From positions 20,212,001-20,276,000 of the forward strand of contig JBHGNT010000009.1 of NCBI GenBank assembly GCA_043228905.1: 64,000 nt of DNA, written 5' to 3'. The translations under genes and the position numbers were made by a program. Below are positions 26,926-39,950 of this stretch, in pieces. The first letter of the stretch is position 1; the number at the start of each line of letters is the position of its first letter. The notes under the pieces are model-generated. The model made no database searches. It saw nothing but the letters and a program-made list of their open reading frames with translations, and had not been told where the DNA came from. Source of the DNA: Azolla caroliniana (lineage: Eukaryota > Plantae > Polypodiophyta).

Positions 26926-27920
26926 TGCGTATGCTTTGCTTGATGGGCGCTCGCTCTCGCTCCATCATCGAACCGAATTTTAATTGTTACTCTTATCATC
27001 AATCAAGCTCTTTCATTATTCGCGTTCGAGCCCATCGATTATAAGATGACCTGCGGATATTCCTAGGGTTTGATTTTTTTATTCTCAATGCTCTATTTCG
27101 TCGTTTATGGCACCCATCGTTCACATTGGTTGTGATGTGACATGTAAAAAAGCTTGGGGGTTTGATTCATTGTTTTGTAAGACTAATCAGTGTATGTATG
27201 TATTTGGGTGGATTCGTTGGATGTTTTTATGCTCATTTCCATGTTATATGCATATATATTACGCAAAACTATTCGATGATAGGGATCCACCCTTTGAATA
27301 TATTAACTATCATGCATCATTAATAATCTCTTGGCTCATCTTTGCCATCGTTAGGGGAATATAAACATATTGGATGCATGTAAGATTAACCAAACAAACA
27401 CAAAACACTTCACAAACATGCCGATATGAGGCAATATGTTTGCTCTACCCTTTTACACTCTCCAATCTATCTACAGTATCTAGTAACCAATAAAAAAACA
27501 AGACAATATCGTCTCTTCCTTGAGAATATATATTTCTACCTTGGATAAGAAGGTTAGGAGTCGACAAAAAACAAAAAATCTCTACCAATGATCGTGGACC
27601 GTCGTCATATATATATATATATATGCACTACCTTAAGGCAGTGATCTTGTTTTCAACTAATGGGCGGCGAGAGAGTAATTTCGAAAATTCATAATGTTTA
27701 AGAGGGGGCAAAACAGACTAATAACACCGAAATATACACCCAACTCAAATCGTGTTCTAATGACACCGAATAGCACCCAACTCATAAATCGTGTTCGAGT
27801 TAAGGTTGTAAATTAGCAGCTCTACCAGTCCTAAAGAGTGTCATGTTTCGTGATCGATATATAAGTTACGATTTCCAACGACATAAAGACGTGTATATAT
27901 ATATAGAACTAGTGCTCTCG

Positions 27921-28296
27921 TGCCACGTCATTGCCGTGCGCTCGGGCCACGTCAGCTCCATGCTCGAGGCCACATCAGCATCATGCTGACGGGGGGCCAC
28001 GTCAGCACCTTCGGGGGGGCCACGTGGATGATCTCATCCGGGGGGGGGTGCCAGGAGGAGTTCGTTCGTACGTTGGGGATGGCTTCGTGCCACGTCAGCG
28101 CCTCCGTGTGCGCCACGTCAGTACAGGTGGCTGCCACGTGAGCAGGTGGGTGGGTGGGGGGGGGGGGGGGGGGCTCTTTTTCGTCTTTTGCTTTTTTTAT
28201 TTTTTGGGGCACAGAAAGCAGGGGAAGGCTGAGGGCGCTGCCACGTGGAGATCCACGTGGGAGTCCACGTGGAGATCCACGTGGGAGTCCACGTGG
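27921..28296. promoter_or_regulatory. Dense ACGT-element cluster (CCACGTCA and CCACGTGG G-boxes) upstream of RBR
   Basis: 12 CCACGT cores at 27923, 27947, 27997, 28020, 28090, 28113, 28134, 28241, 28253, 28265, 28277 and 28289. Confidence 0.7.
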
Positions 28297-28324
28297 AGGA
28301 GCAGAAGAGAAAGGGAAGAAGCCG

Positions 28325-28332
28325 TTTCCCGC
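28325..28332 (+). promoter_or_regulatory. E2F binding site TTTCCCGC
   Basis: Exact match to the plant E2F consensus, ~130 bp upstream of the RBR ATG. RBR genes are known E2F targets. Confidence 0.75.
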
Positions 28333-28360
28333 GCTTTTCACAGCCTTTCCCTCCATGAGA

Positions 28361-28399
<39 letters not shown>

Positions 28400-28456
28400 T
28401 CTGTTCTGCTCTGCTCTGTAGCCATCATCATCATCATCATCATCTCCTCTGTAGCC

Positions 28457-31400
28457 ATGGAGCTCCCTTCATCGCTGCCCCCCTCAGAAGCAGAGCCTCC
28501 CATCGCCCCCCCTGCTTCCAGCTCTCCTCCTCCTGCACCCAATTCTTCTTCTTCACCTTCACCTTCACCTTCCGCCATGGCTTCTCCCCCCCCTCCCCCT
28601 CTCGCTAGTACCTCTACTCCCCACGATAAGCTCGCCAAAGCAGAGCGCCTCCTTCTACGCCTTTCTCAGGTTCTCTCTCAGATTCCTTTTTTCCTTTCCT
28701 CGAAGAAGGAGCTGAAAGAAGAAGAAGAACAACAACTAATAAGAATTTGAAGATCTGTTGCCATAGTTTTCTTCTTTTCCTTCTTTCTCATCCGTCTCGT
28801 TCTTCTGACGGTGTTGCTGCAGGTGCATAATTTCCACCTGGTCCATGAGAGTATCCTTCGTGAAGCTTCTCGTCTTTTGTCAGAGACGAAGCATCACATG
28901 TTGACCAGTGTTGGCTCTGTTGGTTGTGGATCAGTATGTATTCTACCTATTATGATTTCCTCTGCTTCTCTCTCGCTCTCTTTTGAATTATACCTTCAAT
29001 TTAATAGGCTGATTTCCTCCTTGCAATTCCACCTTGAAATTCATAGAAGGAAGATGATACCTCGATCAAATGTTGGATCCATAGACTTGTTTCCTTTTCT
29101 TCTGCAAACTCTGCCTTCAAATTTTCATAAGAAAGAGTATAATTTGTGGATCTATAGTGTTGTTCTTTTCAAATTCGGCCTTCAAATCACGAGGACTCTT
29201 AGCATGAATAAAGTACATTTTATAAAATGTTGGGTCTGTCTTGTTCATTTTGAGTTTTCCGTATACAACTTCATGAAGATTCCATGTTGCTAGAGCAGAC
29301 TTTGTTTTCCTGAACCTATCTGAAAATGAGTGATGATATTATTTGCGGCAGAGGATACTTTGTTCAATCCCTGCACCTACTTTCTTTTGTTTCTTAATTA
29401 TATATTCGAATTCATAGAGATGTAATTTGCAGGAAGAAGATTTGATCAAATGCTGGACAGCAAGTCTGATTTACTGTGCCTTCAAACTAGGTCAACATTC
29501 TCAATCCGTTGTTGGTTTCAGTGGATTCACTCTCACGAAGCTTTTAAAGTCAATTAAATTCGAGTAAGGTGATCCCTTCCCATAATCATCTGATGGAGAG
29601 AATCTAATAGTTTATATCAATATAGGGTTTGTTTCCTCGTCTCATATCACGATGATTGTTTTGTTCATTTGCTTGTAGAGTTATGGATTTCCTTCGAGAA
29701 TTATCTTATTTTCTAGCAAAATCAAGCCATGTCCTAAATGCCATATATGGGGATACTTTTGATGAATTCCAACAGGTATGGATATATTTAAGGGACAAAG
29801 ATTTCTTTATCATGACATGATTTTCACAACTAATGTGAATTTTTTATGCCTTTGCCCTTATAGCAACTCAGACAATTACAAACTAACTATGTGCATCTTG
29901 CAGTTCTTTACCAGTGAGTTCTCTATGTGTTTCTCAAAGACTGGAGCTTTCATTTATTATTATCAGTTCAAAACTCCCAAATACCCCTGAGTTTTTCTTT
30001 ATTCCACCTGTGTGCTATGAGGATTTTGGTATTTCCCCTAATGCCCTTGATCAACCCCTGAAGGAGAGTGAAAGGAGGACAATTGACCATATTATTGCTC
30101 AATTAGCACTTACAATTGAGAAAAAAGTGGCCACTTGACTGTATAATTGCTCTAATATCAAATACAATTGTCATTCTGGGGCTTGATCAAGGGCACTTGG
30201 GGAAATAAAAGAAATGTAGAGTTATTTCGGGAAATAAAAAGAAAAACCCAGGTCTATTTTGGTGTTTTCCCCTTATTATTATTACTTTCATTGTTTCAAG
30301 GCAGATTCTAAAATTGATCTTCTTTCTTTGTTATTTTGCAGAAACTACAAGAAGAATTTTTACAAGTTTTTCCATTCTCCCAATGAGGATCAAGAAGATA
30401 ATTCCCTGTTAGATTCCTTTGTGGAAGCAGAGAGGACAATGTATCTGAAGTTTGGGTGGATGCTTTTTCTCGCCCTCAGGATGCATGCTCCTGGTCAGTT
30501 TGTAGATCTCATGACTTGTGCAAATGGCCTCATTGCTATATTTGTAAGCATTCCACGCAATCTCTTATAATGTTCTGGATTTTATGTTGCAACATTTCTC
30601 TTTCCTATAGGAAGAACTAAGAGGCGCTATTCAGAATTTTCTTTCTCCATGTAGACATTTAGTAAAGTATTGACCTATATGAAAGCATGCAATTATTATT
30701 TTTTAATTATACATATGCATTGATCATGCATATAATGACTGTTATATATATGTATACTGGCATTGTTCGTGCATATAATGGCCATTATATGTATGTGTAG
30801 TGACCATTATTCGTACATATAGTGGCCTATATGTTCATATATCTACCCTGACCTATGCCTTTGTTTGTACATTGTTCACACATATACCGATTGATTGTTT
30901 CAAACAGATGCTGACCGATTTATGAATTGTTCATACATGTACTGACCTATGCACAATACATATACCGAGCCATGGTTATGCACTATTCCTTACATGTACT
31001 CATAGATGTACTGGCCTTTGATTCATTCACTCCAATTTCTGTTTTAGTCTTATTGCTTAGACAACCTAGCGTTAAACTTGCACGCATGCCATACATCTGC
31101 TCAATCAATGGCATATAGATGTAAATGGCCTGAAAATGTGCACATTCTAGAAGTGCTTAATATCTATTTTTTCAAGGTGTTACCAAGTTGTCGTGAACCT
31201 CTCCTTTGCTTTTAATTATTGTTCTGCTTCTGCTCTTTGTTGTAGTTTTTTTTAGTGTTTATACTTTATATTGATGAGTTTTCTGCATGTTTCAGGTTAT
31301 AATGATAATTCATGTGCCGGCTTGTATGCGAAAGGTCTCCTTGGATGATTCATCAACTTTCTGTATGTAGCTGAGTCATCTTTCTTGTATGGGAATTCCT

Positions 31401-34400
31401 TTTTCTTTTCATCATTTTGGATTACATGCTAATCTTCCTTTCCCTGCACACAGCTATATACAGCCCCAGAGGTGTTAACCTTGTAGCATCTCTCTGCAAA
31501 CTTTATGATGCATCAGAAGCTGATGTGAAAGACATGCTAAATAGGGTTAATTCTATGATACAATCACACATTGAATCAAAATATTCTCTCAAAACAAGCG
31601 AAAAAGAGCAAACTGTAGAAGGAATTGACATAGGTAAATTTTCTTTCAGTTTGATGGGTATTTTTCGTAGGTCACAATGCCTGCCTGTCTACTGACATAT
31701 CTATAATTATCTTCATGGTTTTTTAAGATGGTGTTATGTGCTTCAAAGGACTCATGGAGAAACAGGATATAGTTTCCTACTTGAACATACTAGATAAAAA
31801 CTACGTTGAAGTATATCATAGACAAGGGGAGATAGATGAGAGATCATTTCTTCCTGAAAGCAATTTTTCCATTGATTCAACATCAGGATGTAGAAATGGG
31901 TCTACTGAGACTTCCTGGCCAAGATCTGCAAAGGCATGTTGTGTGTCTATTAATGTTTGCATTTTCCGCAACTATAATTAGTAAACTATGTTAGGCAATA
32001 AAATGCGTCTTTTTTTATGTGCAGAGAAAGTATGAAATGATCTCTTCTCCCTCAAAGCCTATAGCTTTGAGAGTGAAAGCATCAACTGAAGACAATCATC
32101 TTCTATCATCCCCAAAACCAAGCAATAGTAAAATGCCTCCACCAACTCCAGTTTCTGTCAGTATGGCTACAGCCAAGTGGTTAAGAACTGTTATCGTTCC
32201 TTTACCGGCAGAGCCTTCCATTGAATTAATTTCCTTTTTTAAGTCTTGTGACACAGACATTACCAAAGAAGTTATTTATAGAGCACATTTGCTACTAGAG
32301 TGTGCATTTTCTGTTGAGGTTACAAGAAACTCTGGTGCTGGAGGTGTCAATGATATTTCCTCTCTGAGCTGTGCTTGGGCTCTTCAGAGAAGGCTAGAAG
32401 CATTGAAATTATACTATAGAGTTTTGTATGAGATGTGCAAGGCCGAGGCTGAGCGACTTCAAAGTGATAATCTGTCATCTCTTCTCACCAATGAGAGGTT
32501 TCACCGTTGCATGCTTGCTTGTTGTGCAGAAATAGTTCTGGCTACACACAAAACAGTATCAATGGCTTTTCCTGCTGTTTTAGAGCCAATGGGGATCACT
32601 GCTTTCGACCTCAGCAAGGTGATTGAGAGTTTTGTTAGACATGAAGAAACATTGCCAAGAGAGTTGAAAAGACACCTAAACTCAATCGAAGAGAGATTTC
32701 TTGAAATGCTAGCATGGGAAAAGGGTTCTTCTATGTATAATTCCCTTATTGTAGCAAAGCCATATTTGAGGTTTGACATTCAAAGACTGGGTTTGTTGGG
32801 AGATCCCATGCCATCACTGGAAACTCTCAAGTTTCGGTTCCAATTATCAAAGAATACCTCTCCTCTGCCGTCTGTGAAAACAGAGGGAGATGCTTCACCA
32901 GGTTGGCCGATGCACAACTACTGCTTTTGTTGCATTTTTCACGAAAGTATAACTCTTGGATTATATTTATATATCCATGATTCAAAATATGTATTCTAAT
33001 AGAAATTTCATGTCATTAGTACAGAGACTTACATAATTTCTTTTTGGCTTTGTGTCAGCCACAAGAGGGATTAACAAAGAGATAGATAATGGGTCAGTGC
33101 TTTTATCTCCTATTCGAGACAGAACTTCTGCATTTTCAGTTTTCAGCCCTACAAAAGCAATTGTACAGCCTCCTCTCCAATCGGCATTTGCCAGGTACTT
33201 ATCAATAAGCTATGGATGTTCCTATTATATTCAGCAATCTTATCTATTCTCAATTTTGACGTAAATCAATCTTTGTGCATGCATCAGCCCTCATAGGATA
33301 ATCTCAGCTGGTGGAAGTGAAACATGTGCTGAAACTGTGATAGGGGTTTTTTTCCACAAGGTGATTACAGGGGCCATTACTATATATAGAAGCTTCATGA
33401 GTTCTCTGTTTTTACAACAGATTCTTTGTCTCTATGTGCAGGTATTGAAACTCTCTGCTATCCGAACCAAGCTTTTGGCAGAAGCTCTCAAGCATCCTGC
33501 TCACCTCATGGAGGATGTTTTTAAATTATTCAATCATCTACTTCATCAGGAGACACATATTTTTTTCAATCGGCATATCGATCAAATAGTTCTATGTAGT
33601 TTATATGGGGTTTGCAAGGTTTGTACATTTATCAACATTTCGATACACTAAAATAACAGATATCTTGACATTCATTGATTTAATTGAGCTATGTTTAGTA
33701 CTGCACATCTATGTGTGTGATTGGGTTATAGTGTAGTGTCTCATTGGAAATGTTCGCATTTTCAGTTTCCAAACTTCATTTACTTATTTATGTACTTTAA
33801 TGTCCCTGTTCCATCACAACCCTTGATGTCCAAATCTAGAACTATTTAAATATTGTAAAGGTGGATATAAAGTCTTTTAAAATTGTTTCTAAAGTGAACT
33901 ATTGGAACCCTTGGGTTAATTTTGACAGGTAAAGCAACTGAAGTTAACATTCAAGGAGATTGTTCAAACATACAGACAAATGCCACAAAATAAGTCTTAC
34001 GTATTCAGAACCGTTTTCCTTGATCCAAAAGGGGTATGCTGCTAAATTTATGTGTCCATGTGTTAGTCTCTATGATTTTTGCAATCTATATACTAATTTC
34101 TAACAGCTTACTAGTGTTGCATCTATATATGTGTTAAATTTCATCTTGCTCATCTGTCATTACTCTAGAGTGATGATGTATCTTGCAATGGACATGCTAT
34201 TGATTGTTCATGATGAAAACTGATCACCACGTTCCAACATGTTCGTCCATGCTCACATTGAACTTGTATTTGGTGACACATACCTGAGAATTCTCTTCAT
34301 ATAGCTGACTTGTTTCTATTATATGCCAAATACTTGGTCACGTGCATCCAATAATGGGGTCCATATCTGTATAGAAGGAAGGAATATCGCCCATTATATG

Positions 34401-35357
34401 CCCTAGCATGACACTATATTTGGAGCATTATTTAAGAGATATTTGATTCAGAGTGGGACCCTGGGCTGTATTGTTGTACTGGTGAAAGAGAAGTTTGGAT
34501 ATTTCTTTCATGCGAAGACCCAATTCCAAATTAGCTCTTCATAGTTTGGCTTTATATGCACACATCTAGCCTACCATATTCTGGCATTCCTTTACTGCAT
34601 TTACTTCATAATATCTCATTTGATTATTTTTGTATGCTTGCCAGGAAGGTCAAGAAACTGGAGATATTATCCAGTTCTACAATTCTGTTTTTATTCCTTC
34701 GGCTAAAAGCTTTTTGATTGAACTAAGTTCTAAGGTCACATCAAGCATCAATGATAATGGAGACAAAAATAAAGGTACATGTTAGTGATATCTGTACGTT
34801 TGGTAAACTAGTTCCACTTTGCTAACAGTTCTGAACCATTTCTAGTTGCACCTGGAACATCTCCATTTATCTCTCTCCCTGATGCATCACCAAAGAAAGT
34901 GTCTGCAAATCATAATGTCTATGTTTCACCCTTGAAAGCTTCAAAGGTAAGTAGAGAAGCTTTTACCTTTTGCAAGATATATTACATTTAGAGGAAGTGA
35001 GATAAGCACATTTAGTAATTAATACATACAATGTGGTTCTTTTTGTAGGTATTATCTCCTCATTCTCGACGGTTGTATGCTTGCTTTGGTGAAAGCACCC
35101 ATGCATATCAAAGCCCTTCAAAAGACTTAACTGAGATCAATAAGAGGCTGAACCACAGGTTTGGTTCTTTATCTGCTTGGCTATATTAGCTTTGTTTCCA
35201 ATGACTTAAAAAAGCAAAAAATCATGTTATTTAACCTTTTTGCATTTATCTTTGGTTGGGCAGAAAATTGGCAAGTTTGGATTTCACTGATGTAAGCCTA
35301 GTCAATGATTCAGTTGTGGCCAAAGACTTAATATCCCAGAATTGGGTTCTCAAATAA
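28457..35357 (+). CDS. RBR1: Retinoblastoma-related protein, ~18 exons
   Basis: [10 protein letters not shown]. Pocket A: [17 protein letters not shown]...[14 protein letters not shown]...[19 protein letters not shown]...[12 protein letters not shown]. Pocket B: [28 protein letters not shown]-terminus: [25 protein letters not shown]. Stop TAA at 35355-35357. Confidence 0.96.
29968..30273. mobile_element. MITE copy 3, intronic in RBR
   Basis: Ends aaaactcccaaatacccctg and caggtctattttggtgttttcc. Internal inverted pair gcccttgatcaacccc (~30044) and ggggcttgatcaagggc (~30178). Confidence 0.75.
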
Positions 35358-37557
35358 TAAGCCTACATGGTCTTTACTTGTGCGTTTTCTCAACATTCAC
35401 ACTTCATTCTTTGTCCTGATAGCCCCACCCAAATAAGCACTTTTTGCCAGCTTATTATGGCAGCCTCAACAAGTTTTATACCACAAAAAGTATGTTTGTA
35501 TAAAATGAGCTTCAGGCTAAGTGCAATCAATGGCAAATTCATGCTATGGTTAAAAAGATACCATTTTGAGCACTATTATTCACATCTAGAATCAGAACTT
35601 CAGCGCTCGGCATAAGTTCGGAGAAACCATAAATCGATGGACCGATGAATATTTATAAGCATTTTCTGAGTTGGAACATTCTGCCCAAGAACTGGAACAT
35701 TCTGCTCAAGAGTTGTTGAATCAGAAGTTAAAATGTTTCAGTGTATAATTAATCAATAACACCAACAGTTGGTATGTGTCCCAGCTATGTCATTTTCTGA
35801 ATTAGTTTGTTCCAATTATGAGACTTTCTGTGATGATAACTTAGATTGCGCAATTGGCATGAATGGGTCATGGATTGCCACACGTGGATTATGCATGTTT
35901 CATTGATGAACTACCATGTGTGTAACATGTGGGTAACCTCACATCTCCAAGGAAACAATTACGAAAGCTCACAAAATGTCTAGAGGTTGCCTGCAAATTC
36001 TTGCTTGTGAAAATGAATTAATAAAGCTACACTAGAAGACGAGCTTATGACGCTTCATGATGTGTATAGAGTGATACATTCATACAATACATCAAAGCAT
36101 GTATACCTACTTGTGCATGTTCAAGCACATAGATAAAGAATGTTCAATAATATCATGACGCATGTAATGAACATATGGCGATTTGTTGCAATCGTTTGTT
36201 ATCAAGCCCAATAGTTATGGCTGGATTAGAGACAACGAAAGATAGTAGAGCAGGAAATTGGTTGATGCATGAAAGCTACTGCTAGAAGGTGGATGATCAC
36301 ATAGTGGGGCTTGTCAAATTGTAATGGTATATAATAACATAGCCAATATTTATTTTAGAGAGATCCCATTGTGCAATAAGATTTACCAGATTCTACATGT
36401 AGACAATTGATATCTTGGAACTATTGATAGGTGATACCACCTTTCTCTCTTCTTTCTTGTAGGAAAATCAAATTACCATAGTTTGTATGCTATTCTTTCC
36501 TCAAGTATTTGGTTGAAAACAACAATGTCCTTGATATCTTTTGACATAATAGGGTAATGGATGACCGAGATTACAACTCAATTGAAGCCATTCACATCAT
36601 TTAGGTTGCAACTTGCATTTGAAGAAGGTTTTGAACTTGAAAACTCTTGTTAAGGTTCAACTCGTAAGTGACTCCTCTATCATGTTTTTTGCTCTTAAAC
36701 TTGACTTTCATCCACCGGTTTGAGTTCTATGTGGCACATTTCCTTTGGTTGTTCATTAGATATAATGATGCATAGTGACCAAATATAAGAAAACGCTAGC
36801 ATCTTTTGATTTGATACAAGAATTCAATTTCATTGGGTCCATGTCGGACACAACGGGGCGGTTGTGACACTATTCATGCAGGTTGCTATCAATATACCTT
36901 GGACAGGAGTTTGTTTGGCCCACATTTTGCAATCTTGAAAAATCCATGTCAACATGGGTTTTTACTTCAGGCACACATTCTAAAGGAAGGAAGGAAGGCT
37001 AAATAAAGAAGCATCGAGAACCCATTATTTCCCTACCCCTCATCGGCTTCAAACAAGCAATATGACCTAATTTTTTTCAATACACTGATTTTTATGCCAC
37101 ATGAACATGGTGGAAATTAAGTCATTTCGGGGAGACCCGACAGGGGGGGGGGGGGGGGCTTGAATCAGGAAACATTCATCCATCCAGAGAAGACCGATAA
37201 AACAAAAACAATGGCATCGACGATATGATCGATGGGCATTGCATGTTAAAGTAGTCATGCGGGGGATGTATCGATCGATCTCCCTCCCCGATCATACATA
37301 CATATATACATACATACATACATACATAGATCATAGAGGGTTAAGGAAGTATGTCTTTCTATAATAATCTAATCTTCTGTTCTGCAGTGCCATCAATATG
37401 TAATTTGATGGAAAAGTCTGAAACCGACCACCATAGTGTGAAAGCAGTGCCTCTCAAGGGTTTCCTTCTCTCTCCCTCTCTCTGCTACTCTGCCTCCCTT
37501 CCTTCTCTGCCTCCCTCTCCATCTCCTTTGAGTTTGCTGAAAGCTCTGTCTGTCGCC

Positions 37558-39950
37558 ATGGCCGATAACAAGAGCTGTACTGTCCGCACCCGCAAGTTCA
37601 TGACCAACCGTCTCCTCGCTCGAAAACAGTTTGTGAGTTCTCTTCTTCTTCTTCTTCTTCTTCTTCTTCTTCTTCTTCTTCTTCTTCTTCTCCCCCCTTT
37701 TTGCTTCCTCTGTATGTATCATTGGCCACTAGCAAAATGTGGGCGACTTCCAGGTTTGTTTAAAAAGTGGAGTAATTTGCTAAAAACCAGGAAGTGGTCC
37801 TGATCAATGAAGGAAGAGGGGTTCTTTCGTTTTTAATGTTTGGACCTCTTAGGGCTTATGGTAGACGTATTTTTTGCCCCAGATCTATATGTTCTGAAGG
37901 TAGAATGTACCCGAGAAAAGATAATACTTGATACATTGTTAACAAGCATTTTGAGGAAATCAAGATTGCAGAAGTGATCGCTAGGTAGGATTTCAGCTAC
38001 CCGCTTGGCAATGAACAATTCTTGAGAAGATGATACTTAAAAGATTTTCTGTAAGGTTTTAAAGAAATTCAAGGTATTAAAGAACCATACCTTAGTAGAC
38101 CTCCTAGGACTTTTGGTGGAAATAGTTTGTTGACACCCCCAGAACAAAGTGTTTTTATATTAGAATGTTCTTGAGAAACGCTAATGCTTGGTACAATGTT
38201 AGCAAGCATTTTGGAGAAATGATGCCTATAGAGCTGAATATTAGGCAGATTTTGAACTAATGCCTGATGAGAATCCAAGTACCTAATAGCTTTTTAGCAA
38301 GACTTGGGAGAAATTCAAGTTTTTGAGAGACCTAACCATGGTAGATGAGCTTTGAGAATTGAATACTTGGTGATAGGTTTTTAGGTATAATTTACGTATA
38401 TGATATTTGGCACGTCTCTGACGAGACGTCAATGTAATAATCACGAAACATCTCTAATGCAACATGTTTTATTTTGTTGTAACAGAAGATAAAAAGCTTT
38501 AAGTCATATTAAGGTATTGAGAAATCAAACCCTAAACAAGGTTTTGAGAATCAGCTACACGCGAATAGGTTTTCAGATAATAATCAGAAAGATGTTAATC
38601 ATTATGTTATCAGAAAAACATACAATTCGTGACACAGTAGTCAGCAAACATGTTTAGTACACATGAATATTCCCAAGAAATTAAATGTTAATTCAAAAGA
38701 AATTTGTTTTGTAACGAAGATACAATCATTCTTAAGAAAATTGACCCTTGAAAAGCCTACACCCAATATAAATTTGGAATGGCTTGGGAGATGAAAACAT
38801 CGTCATCTTTCTTTGCTTACACAAGGTAAAAGGAAAAAAATAAAATTTGCCACTCTCCTGTAATGATGAAGAAGTTTTGAAATTAACTCTTTTTCTCATT
38901 TGTCTATAATTGTTGTAATGATGTTAAATTCTTGGAGTATGGTTAATAATGCAAAAGAAATTTGTTTTGTAACGAAGATACAATCATTCTTAAGAAAATT
39001 GACCCTTGAAAAGCCTACACCCAATATGAATTTGGAATGGCTTGGGAGATGAAAACATCTTCATCTTTCTTTGCTTACACAAGGTAAAAGGAAAAAAATA
39101 AATTTTGCCACTCTCCTGTAATGATGAAGAAGTTTTGAAATGAACTCTTTTTCTCATTTGTCTATAACTGTTGTAATGATGTTGTTAAATTCTTGGAGTA
39201 TGGTTAATAATATGGACCTTCTGTAACTCTTAGATAGCTGGCAACTCACTGAGACCCGAATAGGCTAAAGGATTATGTTCTTATTGTAGTTCTGGAGTCT
39301 GTATAATTATAATTGTAGAGGTATTCAGTTTCTAACATATGGTATTATGTGTACAGGTCATAGATGTTCTTCATCCAGGACGCCCAAATGTTTCCAAGGT
39401 GCTAGAAAAGGAAAGGATTTTTTGCTTGAAAAAACAATGACCATAATTTTTCTTTTCTTATTCAAAGTTTTGCGTTTTGAAGGCTGAGCTTAAGGAGAGG
39501 TTATCAAAGCTGTATGAGGTTAGAGATCAACAAACGGTCTTTGTGTTTGGTTTCCGAACTCAATTTGGTGGTGGAAAGTCTACCGGATTTGGTCTTATTT
39601 ATGACAACTTAGAGGCAGCAAAGAAATATGAACCCAAATACCGCCTTATTAGGGTAAATTCTGCTATTATATTCTTATTGGTTCCTTTGGTCGTAGTAGA
39701 TGGTCTTATAAATGCTTCCTTGGATCGTTATAGAATGGGCTTGCAACAAAGGTTGAGAAATCTAGAAAGCAAATGAAGGAGAGGAAGAACAGGGCCAAGA
39801 AGATTCGAGGCGTGAAGAAGGTATCATCTATTTTGGCTCAAGTCCTTTAAATTTTAGTTTTGCATCTGTACTCAATTTAATCATTGTTTGTTTTTGTGTA
39901 TACTACAGACAAAAGCTGGTGATGCTCAAAAGGGTGGCAAAAAGAAGTGA
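37558..39950 (+). CDS. RPS24: 40S ribosomal protein S24 (eS24), 5 exons
   Basis: [25 protein letters not shown]|[14 protein letters not shown]|[11 protein letters not shown]...[20 protein letters not shown]...KYRLIR|[29 protein letters not shown]|[13 protein letters not shown]. Confidence 0.97.
38694..39211. repeat. ~258-bp near-identical tandem duplication in RPS24 intron 1
   Basis: Copies at 38694-38950 and 38952-39211 differ by only a few substitutions and one 3-bp indel. Confidence 0.95.

Noticed and set aside
28241-28296. CRISPR-like repeat array
   Set aside because: Eukaryotic DNA; the spacers are 4 bp and alternate rather than being unique.
27931-28638. Overlapping 225-aa (+) and 228-aa (-) ORFs with STWRSTWE and PRGSPRG repeats
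   Set aside because: By-products of the GC-rich G-box array, microsatellites and the antisense strand of RBR exon 1; no domain signal.
37351-37557. In-frame upstream ATGs extending RPS24
   Set aside because: eS24 homology starts at ATG 37558; the upstream part is promoter and pyrimidine-rich leader.
38860-39255. Possible intronic box C/D snoRNA in RPS24 (ATGATGA motifs)
   Set aside because: No properly spaced D box with a terminal stem for the first copy, and no recognisable rRNA guide.
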